63,883 nucleotides of DNA from Octopus bimaculoides (taxonomy: Eukaryota), in contig NC_068995.1 in the NCBI RefSeq assembly GCF_001194135.2, positions 346,763 to 410,645 on the forward strand. The letters run 5' to 3'. Both the position numbers and the translations under genes were made by a program. Under the pieces are notes generated by a model. That model searched no databases. It was not told the origin of the DNA and saw only the letters and a list, made by a program, of their open reading frames with translations. The stretch's first letter is position 1, and every line of letters begins with the position of its first letter. Shown here one piece after another: positions 1 through 12,348 of the stretch.

Positions 1-41
1 TATATATATGTATGCATGTCTGTATGTACGTTGGGTTGGTT

Positions 42-680
42 GTTGGGAATGCTTTCTTTTATCATAAGATGAAACATCAACTTATCTGGATTCATCCAAG
101 ATCAAAGCAAAGTCACACGATCGACTTTGTATTAACTCGGAAAACTGACTTAGAAGAGTTGCGCAGGGGCTGATCACAAAATGGTTAGGGCTAAGCTCAA
201 GTTCAGGGTCGGAATGAAGATTCGTGGAGCAGGTGGACGAGTAGCAAAGAGAATTGATGGAGGAGAACTAAAGCAACCACAAGTTTCGCAGTTATTTCAG
301 GAGAGATGCAGCAGTGTCCATTTTGACGATTCATGGGGATTTTTTTGGTTCTAAGAGGTGACAGCCCCAAGACTGGTTTGATTCCAATGATATGGGGATA
401 AGTGAGCTTTTAGCAACAAAGAGATCCACTCATGAAAAGCTTCTTAACCCAAAACAAAGTGCAAATTGAAAAGTTGTACAAGTCTCAGAAAGCCGACTTG
501 CAACAAAAATCTCAGAGGCTTAAAGACACCTGGTGGAGAAAGGAATTAAAGGTGGCCCATGACAAGAAAGACGCTAAAAGTGTTTATAGTTTATTGCGGA
601 AAGCTTTTGGACCACAAACTTCATATGTTCCTTTGAAGTTAAAAGATGGAAAGTCTGCCAACTTTCCGGCTTACGTTTAA
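42..680 (+). mobile_element. RTE-clade LINE fragment (end of AP-endonuclease and linker), frameshifted
   Basis: 42-170 translates VGNAFFYHKMKHQLIWIHPRSKQSHTIDFVLTRKTDL (the TW.HPRSK..H.IDY motif of RTE endonucleases). ORF 432-680 has LKDTWWRKE..AHDKKDAKSVYSLLRKAFGP, typical of the RTE/Bov-B linker. Confidence 0.85.
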
Positions 681-984
681 TATAATAATAAAACACCAAA
701 AACCTGCACAATAGAGAGAGGGTGGGGAGAGAGAGAGAAGAGAAAGAGAAGAGAGGGAGAGAGAGATAGTGGGAAGAGAGAGAAAGAGAGAAAGTGAGAG
801 AAGGAGAGACACAGAAAGAGATGAACAACAGCGACAAGAGGAAGTTCTGTAAGTTGGGGTTGTTTTAATCTACAAAACCGTTCCTCATGCTTCATATCTT
901 CTGTTTAAAGTTTGGACTCGTCAAATATTTGACCCCCACCCCCACACCCAGCCAAAATAGCTTGCTCTAATTGTTCCAACTCTG

Positions 985-1110
985 GCCGTATTGAGTTCAA
1001 ATATTAACAGAGTTCAAATATTAACGGAGTTCAGACCCACCCTTCGCTGTCCAGAGTCGATAAAATTAAGTACCAGCTATATACTAAGGTTGACTTAATC
1101 AAGTAAGACC
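985..1110 (+). mobile_element. SINE family B remnant (tRNA-derived) with triplicated B-box
   Basis: GAGTTCAAAT B-box followed by gtcgataaaattaagtaccag, matching the SINE-B body at 47902-48125 and 55582-55822. Confidence 0.65.
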
Positions 1111-1489
1111 CTCCTCCTCCTCGTGGAACTTGTAGATACGTTAGGGAAGAGACAAATTATCTTGAGGGCATTTATCTGGATCTTTACGAGGGATCGAAGA
1201 AATAAAGTAACTCAAGTATTGGAGTTCGATTTAATTCCATGACCATAAATTTCTTGCCTTATGTCTAAATTAGATGCAATTATTATAATTACTTTAATAC
1301 ATTTACAATAACGAAGGAGAACGACAGAACGGGACGAATGAGTTGGGAAATGTGTGTAAGGCAACAGTTACCTCCCTTGTATAATGTACAGCGGGCGATG
1401 GGATCCGACATTTGGAAAATATTGCAAACAGGTGAGATTCATATAAGGCTATGAGCCTTATAAGCTGATATATGGGTGGGTGTGTGGGT

Positions 1490-1715
1490 GGGTGGGTGTG
1501 TGTCCCCAAGACAACCGATGGTGGTGTGTTTACGTCCCCGTAACTTAGCGGTTCGACAGAATAAGTACTAGGCTTACAAAGAATAAGTCCTGGGATCGAT
1601 TTCTTCGACTAAAAGGCAGTGCTCCAGCACGGCCGCAGNNNNNNNNNNTCTTCGACTAAAAGGCAGTGCTCCAGCACGGCCGCAGTCAAATGACTGAAAC
1701 AAACAAAATAAAAGA

Positions 1716-1716
<1 letters not shown>
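1490..1716 (+). mobile_element. SINE family A, 3' half
   Basis: tttacgtccccgtaacttagcggttcg...gtgctccagcacggccgcagtcaaatgactgaaaca is near-identical to 26230-26400. Confidence 0.85.
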
Positions 1717-1770
<54 letters not shown>

Positions 1771-2199
1771 TATATAATCCTTAATATATATAAGGATCAT
1801 ATATATATATTAAGGATTAAAAGTAAGTATGTGTGTTGAAGAGAGAGGAGGGGATGGGAGAGATAATGTGTTACTTGTAGCGGTGGAAATAATTCACATG
1901 TCAACGACACGGTGACAAGGCAGGTGGCGTGTACCCGCTCCGTCCACCCGATTCATCTCTCTTTCCTACCTTTTGCCAAAATTGACCGCAGTTTTTCACC
2001 CGACACGTGGCAACGCTGTCTCTGCTACATGAGACACAATTGTGTGAATGTCTGTGTCTGTGTGCAGATGGAAGAGAGTGTATATATGTCTGTGTAGATG
2101 GGAGAGAGTGTACATGTCTGTGTGTAGATAACTAATTAAAATGATGAATTTGTATTTTACACCGCCGTCTAGTGAAGATGTCTACCATCGTATGCGCTG

Positions 2200-2550
2200 T
2201 GTATGTATGTATATTCATTCATACATACACACATATATACTTATTTATACATACATATACAAATACATACACACACACACACACACACACATAAATACAT
2301 ACATACATACACACATAAATACATACATACATACACACACATATATACATACATACATACACACACATATATAAATACATACACACACACATAAATACAT
2401 ACATACACACACAAATACACACACACACACATAAATACACACATATATAAATACACACATAAATACACACATAAATACACACACACACACACACAAATAC
2501 ACACACACAAATACACACACACAAATACACACACACAAATACACACACAT
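2200..2550. repeat. Compound (CA)n/(CATA)n/(AAATAC)n microsatellite
   Basis: Directly visible low-complexity tract. Confidence 0.95.
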
Positions 2551-2671
2551 ATATATATAGTGAATAAACTTGTCTAAATTATGCAAAAATGAAAATAACA
2601 CTGACATCTCATTTTAACAGACATATTTACCAAAATTACATAAAAATATCTTGAAATACTAAAGAGTAAAT

Positions 2672-2915
2672 TTATTCAATAAAATCGCCATTGGCTTCAA
2701 CTACGGTTTGCAGACCACTTGGGAATCTCCTGCAACTCTTCTGGATGGTCTCCTTGTTTAAGTTGGTGAATGCTGCCATAATTCTTGCCTTCAGTTCATC
2801 TTCGGTGTTACAAGCAGTTTTGTTGGTCTCTCTCTCAACTGCGCCCCACACATAATAATCAAGGGGGCTGCAGTCTGGGGAGTTATGTGACCAGATGCTA
2901 GGAGTGATAGACAAC
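2672..2915 (-). mobile_element. Tc1/mariner transposase C-terminal fragment, DD37D (maT)-like
   Basis: ORF 2672-2932 reads WSHNSPDCSPLDYYVWGAVE...ELKARIMAAF...CRRF..LQTVVEANGDFIE, i.e. the SPDLNPLDY-type third catalytic motif and a typical Tc1-family C-terminus. Confidence 0.85.
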
Positions 2916-3570
2916 GGAACAGAACATGCCAAAGCAATAAATATCGAAGAACTACGAAGAACGCTCCAGATACATCCTATGATCTACCCTTTTATTACAA
3001 CACACAACCCAAGAAACACAGAGGTATACAATATTATCCACCAGAACATTCTACTACTAAAACAAGACCCAATAATGAAACAAGCATTTGAAATACACAA
3101 AATAAGCAAAAGTAAAAGACAATCAAAGTCCATCAAAAAATTCCTTCCATGTGCGAAATTACATTCCACAATTCCTACACAAACAGTCAAAAAATGTGGC
3201 CGTCCAATTGCGGGACCTGCATCAACCTTATTGAAGACACAACATACAAATCGGGACAGATTTTTACCGTAAAAAAATCACTTTACATGTTCTTCAAGGA
3301 ATTTAATATAAGCTACCAAATGTCAAGATTACATAGGACGAACAGAGCTTTTTCAAATATGTGTGTGTGTTTGTTGTATGCAAACACAGAGTTGTAACCA
3401 TCATGCTGTGTCGATCAGAAGGGCTAAGTTTCTTTGTTCGCATTGATTTGTAATTGTACAATTTTGTACTGTGCAACATTTAGCAACCATATTGGCGCTG
3501 GCATGTAATATAGTTCATTATGCACAGATATAATTATTACACGATGAAGGCGGCGAAACGGTCGTAATTT
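2916..3570 (+). mobile_element. Penelope-like element fragment (RT thumb/linker, Cys motif, GIY-YIG endonuclease, 3' end)
   Basis: PFITTHNPRN, KSKRQSKSIKKFL, frameshifted CGRP/NCGTC, CSSRNLI* and DYIGRTE. A hammerhead-like motif lies at 3536-3568. Confidence 0.85.
3536..3568 (+). ncRNA. Degenerate minimal (type I) hammerhead-ribozyme-like motif at the PLE 3' end
   Basis: attac-ACGATGA-aggcggc-GAAA-cg-GTC-gtaat. Stem I is attac/gtaat, but the core deviates from CUGAUGA and stems II/III are damaged. Confidence 0.4.
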
Positions 3571-5217
3571 CTATGGGATATCAAGGTTTGAAATAAATAT
3601 ATTTACCCCTCAAACCTCTTGACTTTTATGGACTATAAATATATGTATATGCGTGTGTGTGTTTGTGTATTTATGTATGGATGGGTATGGATACGTGCGT
3701 ATGCATGTGTATATACATATATGTGTCTGTGTATTAACACGTCCCTTCATCATATACAGAGAGAGAAAGAGAGAAGCAGAAGCACACAAACACACACACA
3801 CTCAAGTGCATGGGCACACACTCCAGCAGACACACTACAGAAAACGCATTTTCCGCCAAAAACCTTACTTTTAATTACTTTTATTTCAATTGTCCCTTCC
3901 AATTAAGGTTGTGAAAGAACAACAACATCGACAGCAAACGCAAAAGTAAAAGGCGAACTGATGACAACTGTAACAACAAATATAGCAACAACGACAACAG
4001 CAACAGATATAACATTTCCTAATTGCGCGCGCACACACACACGCACACACACACACACACACGCGCACACACACACACATATTNNNNNNNNNNNNNNNNN
4101 NNNNNNNNNNNNNNNNNNNNNNNNNNNNNNNNNNNNNNNNNNNNNNNNNNNNNNNNNNNNNNNNNNNNNNNNNNNNNNNNNNNNNNNNNNNNNNNNNNNN
4201 NNNNNNNNNNNNNNNNNNNNNNNNNNNNNNNNNNNNNNNNNNNNNNNNNNNNNNNNNNNNNNNNNNNNNNNNNNNNNNNNNNNNNNNNNNNNNNNNNNNN
4301 NNNNNNNNNNNNNNNNNNNNNNNNNNNNNNNNNNNNNNNNNNNNNNNNNNNNNNNNNNNNNNNNNNNNNNNNNNNNNNNNNNNNNNNNNNNNNNNNNNNN
4401 NNNNNNNNNNNNNNNNNNNNNNNNNNNNNNNNNNNNNNNNNNNNNNNNNNNNNNNNNNNNNNNNNNNNNNNNNNNNNNNNNNNNGCACACACACACGCAC
4501 ACACACACACACACACGCGCACACACACACACATATTCACATGCACATATGGCAATATACGCACAGGTACACACTGCTTACATACGCATGTGCAGGACGT
4601 GTGTATAGAACATGCAGGCATGCTTTCATGCACACGAAAAGGAGTTCGTCTAAACAGGTGGCATGTATATACTCACCGGATATTACACACACACACACAC
4701 ACACACAGGTACGGGCGTACTCGTATGTATGTATACAGCATGCATGTATGTTTATGCGAGTGAGTGTATACATGGACACGTGCATTAATCTCGTCGGACA
4801 ACAAAACACGTTCTGCGTATATTTAACATTGTATTTGCAAGTGTTTACTTGTGCGTGTTTAAATGGATATAAATATACATCCGTGTTTTTTTAATGTGCA
4901 TATATATGTCTGTATAAGTATACATACATATATCTAAGTGTGAGTGTGTGACTGTACATATATAAGTATATATAATACAAAGATACATCCCTCACTGATG
5001 TGTATGTATTATATTAGGCTAGATTCTGTAGATAAGTCAATTCATTAGTATTTGAAAGTCTCGAGATACGCTGTGTATACATGACACACACGTACTTTTG
5101 TGTGTAAAGTTGTACTGCACACGACTTTACAAAGTACTACACTAATATACACACCTTATGCAATATTTTATGAAACCGAAGCGTGCACAGGTATATGCAT
5201 TTGTATGTGAGTGTTTG

Positions 5218-5252
<35 letters not shown>

Positions 5253-5385
5253 ATACATACACCTACCATGCACGTATATTTACACATANNNNNNNNNNAT
5301 ATATAATTATTCATAGCCGTGAAACTGAAAGTCATAAATACTTCACTCTCTTTGTATTGTGTTGCATTTGTTTCGTTGTCAAACC

Positions 5386-5417
<32 letters not shown>

Positions 5418-5499
5418 ACACCCCCATACACTTGTGTAATAATCATATCGACATACACACACGTGTGTATGTGTGCGTGTGTGGGTATGTGCTTGTGTG

Positions 5500-5690
5500 T
5501 ATGTGCGTCTTTGTCGTTCACTTCACCGCTTCACAGCCGGTGCTGGTTTATTTACACACTCTAGCCTTGTGTTTAGGCAAAACAAGCCGATAAAATAAGT
5601 ACAGGGGTCAAGGCGTTCGACTAATACTCTTCGAGATATTGCCCCAGCATGGCCACAGTTTAATGACTAAAAAAAGTCAAAGATAAAAGT
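5500..5690 (+). mobile_element. Diverged SINE family A 3' half
   Basis: ccgataaaataagtac...ggggtc..ttcgacta...gccccagcatggccacagt...tgactaaaa, also seen at 46500-46704. Confidence 0.7.
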
Positions 5691-5731
5691 TTTGCGTGTG
5701 TGTGTGTGTGTGGCTGTGTATGTATCTGAAA

Positions 5732-5990
5732 GTAGAATGGCTGAATGGTTAAGGAACGCGCCTCGCAATCGCGAGATCCCGAGTTCGATTATACTTCTCA
5801 ATTTTAGCAAAAGACTTTTATTTAATCTTATCTTGGATCAACTGAAGTTTTGTCCGTGAAATCGATTGGATGAAGTCTTTCAGAAAGATGTCTTGTGATT
5901 TGAAAAGGTACAACAAAATTGTCGCTGCTGTGAGATGATGATTTTACTCAGGGATTTCGTTGTGTGTGTGTAAGTGTCTGTGGAATCTTC
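5732..5990 (+). mobile_element. SINE with tRNA-like head (family A-related)
   Basis: A-box tggctgaatggttaag and B-box gagttcgatt, followed by a diverged family-A-like body. Confidence 0.55.
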
Positions 5991-6062
5991 AGCCGCTTAA
6001 GCACTAAAAAAAAATGATCCAATAATCTACACGCTAGAAAAAAATCCACCAGGTCTTTTATA

Positions 6063-6830
6063 TATTGGGTTGAAATTAAAGTTCCCAACGATTTTTAAGT
6101 AAAATTTAAAACAATATTTATTCAAGCACATATGTCCCATTTCGTTCCACCACCTTTACCATCTTCGAGGTAGCTCCATGATCCCATCTTCCAAGGACTT
6201 GGCATCTTTCTATCGTCTTCCAAAAAAAGCGAGGTTTAAAGAATTTGGTAGAGTTCGAAATAAATGGTAATCCGCAGTTGCAAGCTCAGATGAGTAACAT
6301 GTTTGTAGTTGGACATCGCAGCCAAACCATATCAATTTCTTTCAGGTCTTCATGGAAACATGAAGTCTAGTGGTCTCTAGGAAGAAGACACTCTTCCGAT
6401 TGGCCAATTCTGGGCGTTTTTCATCGATTACCTCCTTCAATCAGTGTAATTGGTAACAATAATTGTCTGAATTTAATGCCTGATTCTACAGAAAGAACTC
6501 GTAATACAAAATGTCCTTCCAATCCTAATAGATATTGAGCATCATCATCTTCGGACACTGACCAGTACTGAAGGAATTAGAGGTGCTTCAGTTCGTTTTC
6601 TTCAAGACCTTTTTTGCTCTGCGTTGGTTGCAAACAAATCCATTTTGCCTCACTTGTGATTGTTCTTTTCAAAAATGGGTCATTTCTGATGCGTTTGAGC
6701 AGAGAATCACAGAAGAAAGGCGGTCCGTTAAATATTTTTCTGTAAAAGTTTGGCAGACAAACATCATAGCGATTCACATGTCCAAGAATCAGATTTAACA
6801 ATTCCCCATTCACCAATACTATGACAAGAT
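6063..6830 (-). mobile_element. Mariner (DD34D) transposase relic with one TIR
   Basis: TIR-like tattgggttg at 6063. The minus strand encodes CDSLLKRIRNDPFLKRTITSEAKWI, EKRPELANRKSV and YSSELATADYHLFRTLPNSL (YSPDLAPSDY motif), with many stops and frameshifts. Confidence 0.9.
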
Positions 6831-7261
6831 TTTACATAAACCGTGTAAGAAGCCAGTGAAATGGTTTGCAAGGAACAGTTCTTACATAGTGGGTCTCATT
6901 GATTTCGTTGGTGAACTCATCTAGCAGGTTCCACACTGTAGTATAAATCACTGTTCTATGTCCATAATCAACGCACTTTATTGGCAACAGTCCAATGTAC
7001 CAAGCTATTGCTCAGTGTGTTATAGCGGTCTATACTGTGTCTATGGCCAAGATAGTCCACAGTCCACTTAGCTGTAAGTAGGCAGGCAACATTGAGCTTA
7101 AAAGTCATAATTCCAGTCGAAGTAGGTATCCCAGTGTGGTATAGGTCACCGTAGTGTATATATGAGCATGATATTTCTCGACAGCTCTGTCCACTTAACT
7201 GTAAGTAGGTACCACCGTGTGCAGCAGCTTATTATAATGTGTTTGCCCACCGTAGACTGTT

Positions 7262-7340
7262 TAATGGCCACAAATAAATGGAAGACAAAGCTATCCTAGG
7301 TGGGATTTGAACTGAGAACGCGAGGCACCGGAATATGTAC
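7262..7340 (-). mobile_element. SINE family B remnant
   Basis: Reverse B-box ggtgggatttgaactgagaacg with adjacent SINE body. Confidence 0.55.
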
Positions 7341-7832
7341 AAGAACAACAACTACTGCAAAAGCCAAAGAAAAGACAAAGAAACAAAAGAACGTTTTGAA
7401 AGGAAGGTGATTGTTATAGTATTAAGTTTATATAGGTGAGAACAATGGTGGAAGAATGGAGGGCGATAATTTGTGGGACTTCGTCTTGGAGGGGCCCTGG
7501 TTTCAATGGACATTGAATCCAAGAATGGAGCTTTGCTGTAAGACAAGAGGAGAAAGAAAGAGAGGGAGGGAGAGAGTGAGGGGGAGAAAAAGAGAGAGGA
7601 GAAGAAAGAGTGAGAGAGAGATAGGGAGAGATGGATGGACGTCTCTCGTTGTTGGTAAAGGAAAAGAGTTGAATATAAATTATTTGAAAATAATTTCCGT
7701 CTTTGCTTTCGTAACATCATGTGTGTGTATATGTGTATATATCTGTGTGTGTGTATAATGTTCTACGCCTAAGTGTGCTTATGCCTGTGTGTAAATGTAT
7801 GCAATTATTATTCGTGTATTTATATGTAGAAT

Positions 7833-7905
<73 letters not shown>

Positions 7906-8349
7906 ATGCTCGTGCGGGTGTTCATACATGCACATGCATATATATATACAAACATATGCATACACACAACCATCATCAAAAACAAAAACCCATGTTCTTA
8001 TTTTCCATCCGACAAGTTACATGTACATACATACATATATATATTGCATATATTCATGTGCACGTGCTTATGTCTCATTCAAGCACACACAGACATGTAT
8101 ATTGTACATATATAAATAAGCACGCACGTGTTTGTGTATGCATGCGTCTGTATGTGTATGTATATATATAAGTGTATATAATTAATACACCCATACGCAT
8201 AAAGACATATGCGCACACATTCGGAAATGTATGTATGTATATTATATATACATATATCCACGTACATACATATATACGTACATTTATGTATACACATATA
8301 TCTACACATATGCATACATACATGTGTGTGTGTGTGTATATATATATAT

Positions 8350-8420
<71 letters not shown>

Positions 8421-8759
8421 TATGTGTCTATATGTGTATGTGCATATATCTGTGTGTCCTCGTATAAAACAAGTTTACATAATTCTCTGAACCGCTGCCG
8501 TCCAGTCGATGTTTTTCACGTGTTCTTCTATAAAAGCTTATCTTATTCTCTTTTCTTTTTTGTCCTTCCATCTTGCTTTTATTCCCACGCCATTTTAACA
8601 CCCCCACCCCACCCCCGGGGCCTCAAAAAATAGCCTCGACTCAATAAATTAGCCATCACTTTTGTGAAACCTTGACAGCGCTAAGGAGATAACTTTCTCC
8701 CTTTTCACATCTCCCCTGCTTTCCCTGTTTATATCTATTTATAAGGATATTGTCGCTCG

Positions 8760-8922
8760 TCCATGTTGTTGCTGTTGTTGTTGCTGCTAGAAATGTTCGT
8801 GTCAGTGTTGCCCTCGTCGTCTTCGTTGCTGTTGTGGCGTTCCTCTTGTAATTGTTGTTGTTTGCATCGATGTTGTTGCCAGCTATGTAGATGTTATTGT
8901 TGTTGTTGTTGCTGCTGACGGC

Positions 8923-8964
<42 letters not shown>

Positions 8965-9330
8965 TTTATTGTTTCTGTTATCGATGCTGTTGCTCTTGTT
9001 GGAGTCGTAGTTGTTTTTGTTGTTATTGCAGTCTGTCACCATTGTTGTTGTTGTTGTTGCTCCTGCTTTTCCGTTCTTGTTGTTGTTTTTTTTTTATTGT
9101 ACTTTTATATTCCGTGGTTTTTACTGATTTCATTTCCGAACCTTCGTGGTTGTTCTTGAATCTCCTGTTATTCTGTGAATTCTTTTCTTTTGCTCTTGTT
9201 GTTGTTGTTATTCAATGAAATTATTGATGGTGGAGATCATGATGTGAATGATGATAACGTTGCTACTGCTGTTGATAATGATGATGATGACAACGATGAC
9301 TATGATGGTGATGACGAAGACTGATGATAA
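8760..9330. repeat. Compound trinucleotide microsatellites (GTT/GTA/GAT)
   Basis: Directly visible. Confidence 0.9.
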
Positions 9331-10266
9331 TCTTCGTAGCGGTGCTTCTTCGATATCAACACCAAAAGTCAACGAACCCCTCACCAACTAAACGCACTGA
9401 TGCTTCACATATGTCCAACACCTATTTACAGCTAAATGGACTGAGCCACTTCTAAAATTCTATTTTATACATAACTCACGTCTACTGTGTTGTCTCGCAT
9501 ATGAGAGGATTTTAGCTTGTGTATACAGTGTCATAGCACACACACACACACACACACACACACTAATTTACGATCAGATGGGCCGAGAGCTATTTCAAGA
9601 GCTGATTTTTTTTGTCTGTGAACACCAGGAACACATTGGTGCTGCATCTCAGAGCGGATCAAACAATCGTTCCATTATATCCTTTCATTTGCATGTCACG
9701 GACCTCTCTTCCAGAGAAGGTCCCTCATACGCCCTTAAACGGGTCCGGAGCAAATTAGACCCTTCAGCCGTATTGCCTCACTCTCGCAGTGTGGTGGATA
9801 TCCTACCATCTCTTTCAAGGCCTTTTCCACCTGATCGCGTTTAGCATTTTCTTGTCTTGGTGTTTTAGCATTTTCTTGTCTGGAGTTTTCTTGTCTTTGT
9901 GTTCGCGCACCTGTAGACAACTGTCCGTTGGCTGTTGCTTCGGGAACGTCGCTTGGAGGCGTCAATTCTTCCTCCTTCCATTCATTTTCATATATTTGTC
10001 TGCCTTGTTTACTTTTTCTAATTTGTTCTTCAATGAGATGTTAACCAATTCTTTAGCTGACGTGATATTTGCAAACGTTTATTTCCCACCATTTTTGTTA
10101 GACTCTTCGCTGCCGTTGCTTTCAGTATTGCGTGCTGCTACGATTTCTATGTCGTGAGGAAGACTTTACTCCGTGTAAATATATACATATACACACACAG
10201 AGGTAGAAATATGAATTATGCTTATACACATACACACGCGTGCATATACATTATACACACACACAC

Positions 10267-10301
<35 letters not shown>

Positions 10302-10304
<3 letters not shown>

Positions 10305-10465
10305 TGGATGCCCGGCCATATACCAAGAAGTTTGCTTCCGAACTACATGGTTCCGAGTTCAGTCTTATCCCATGGCACCTTGGGTGTCATCAACTATAGC
10401 CTCGGGTCGACCAAAACCTCGCGAGTGGATTTCATAGACGAAAACCAAAAGAAGCCCATCGCCTT
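10302..10465 (+). mobile_element. SINE family A, 5' half (tRNA head and CORE-like domain)
   Basis: catggttccgagttcagtc...ggcaccttggg...actatagcctcgggtcgaccaaa...gaagccc matches 25973-26150. Confidence 0.8.
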
Positions 10466-10539
10466 TCGGTCATCATGTAATAAGTTACACCACATCCACC
10501 ACCACCATAATCCCTACAGCCACCATTACCACCACATGT

Positions 10540-10700
10540 TCGCTGGACATGCTAGAAATAGTAATCAAATCTCCTTGCCTTAAAAGTGATAAGACATTCC
10601 ATAAGAACAAAAGACATAAAGGATATTTTTCCTCATATGATTGGTTCTGTAATCTGGCTGAAGTGGATGCAAGCATCCCTGGCCCTACGACCACCACCAT
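10540..10700 (+). mobile_element. Interspersed repeat family C (SINE-like) fragment
   Basis: gctagaaatagtaatcaaatctcc matches the family-C motif at 27120 (+), 16190 (-) and 53715 (-). Confidence 0.55.
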
Positions 10701-11466
10701 TAGTCACAAACTAGCCTGGCCCCACTCATCACTCTACCACCCACCCTCTCCTCCACCTCATTCTTCACTCCTCTGTTCCGCGAACACCACAACCACCTCC
10801 CCTATCTCCACCCAACAACGCACTCTCCTTTATCCTCACTAAGCCCCCCCCAACTCCCCTCCACCACCATTATTATTAAACTATTAAACACAATCACAAT
10901 AGCATTAACTTCACATTAACTAAAAGTTAAAGAAATAAAAAAACAGCATTAAAATAAGGAAACAAAAAATTCTTTAAAAACAACGAAAAAATAAAAACGA
11001 CATCATTAACAATACACGNNNNNNNNNNNNNNNNNNNNNNNNNNNNNNNNNNNNNNNNNNNNNNNNNNNNNNNNNNNNNNNNNNNNNNNNNNNNNNNNNN
11101 NNNNNNNNNNNNNNNNNNNNNNNNNNNNNNNNNNNNNNNNNNNNNNNNNNNNNNNNNNNNNNNNNNNNNNNNNNNNNNNNNNNNNNNNNNNNNNNNNNNN
11201 NNNNNNNNNNNNNNNNNNNNNNNGTTTTATATATCTTTTTTAAAAGAGTTAATTAATTCTTTAAGATGTAAAAACCGATAAGTATTATCTCTGATATTGT
11301 GTTTGAAGGGTGGAAGTTCAGCCTGGGCGGCTTCTCGAGTAGAGGGTAGGGGAGAGGGTGACAAGCTGTTACGGAAGTCGTTTTTAGATGTCTACGATTA
11401 TAAGGCAAAGACCGTCCGAATGCGTAGAAACTTTACGTATTGTGGAGTTTTAATTCTGCTTATTGA

Positions 11467-11507
<41 letters not shown>

Positions 11508-11517
11508 CACACACACA

Positions 11518-11635
11518 TTCTTTTATTTCTTTCTGCCATTTCACTGCGGCCATGGTGGAGCACCACCTTTAGTCGAAGAAATCGACCCCAGAACTTATTC
11601 TTTGTAAGACCAGTACTTATTCTACCGGTCTCTTA
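11518..11635 (-). mobile_element. SINE family A, 3' half
   Basis: Reverse complement of gtgctcca-catggccgcagt and gaataagt..ggggtcgatt. Confidence 0.8.
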
Positions 11636-11684
11636 ATAATAAGGATACTATCACTACTACTACTACTACTACTACTACTAGTAA

Positions 11685-11731
<47 letters not shown>

Positions 11732-11744
11732 TATTATTGCTGCT

Positions 11745-12150
11745 CAGGATCTGTGCCTTCCAACTAGGATTTCTCAATGTAATGTTCTGAAACATGAAAG
11801 GTCCATTATATCGCGCATAAGAGGAACATCCAGAGACAATCGACCCCATAATCTCTGGATGCAACCGACTGACCCCCAACAGAGAACTTGCAAGGACATT
11901 ACAGGGCAGCTTAGTACATACACTAGTCAATATGCATAACATACAACCTCCCTCACAAACCAGTGGGAACGTAGACTAATACAAGTTGGTCAGAATCCTC
12001 AAGTTACCTTCTTTTGAAATTTCAGAATTCAGACAGATCGGCAAATTCAGGCGAACCGACCACATGTCATTGTGGAAGAAAGAAGAAAAAACAAACTTAT
12101 ATCTGAAAGCTTTTCAGAAATCTCACGTTTGAAATTAATATTTTCGTACC
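11745..12150 (+). mobile_element. RLE-type (R4/Dong/NeSL-like) non-LTR retrotransposon C-terminal fragment
   Basis: PETIDPIISGCNRL (zinc-knuckle region, ETIDHI.SGC) and NFRIQTDRQIQANRPHVIVEE (RLE motif QTD..I.ANRPDI), with frameshifts. Confidence 0.85.
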
Positions 12151-12273
12151 TTCGGCAAGCTAAGAAGTTCTTATAACATAATACTGAGTATTAAAGAGCT
12201 TAGTTATTGCTACATCTATTTATAGGTAAAGAGTATTTTGTGAAATTAGAGAGCTGGTTGCGAACTGAAAGGG

Positions 12274-12348
<75 letters not shown>

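Noticed and set aside
1600-1690. Direct duplication of ttcttcgactaaaaggcagtgctccagcacggccgcag
   Set aside because: The copies are identical and sit on either side of a 10-N gap, so this is an unmerged contig overlap.
5732-5800. tRNA gene candidates (also 25973, 46303, 48070, 49500)
   Set aside because: They have A/B boxes but no complete cloverleaf or acceptor stem, and they continue into SINE bodies.
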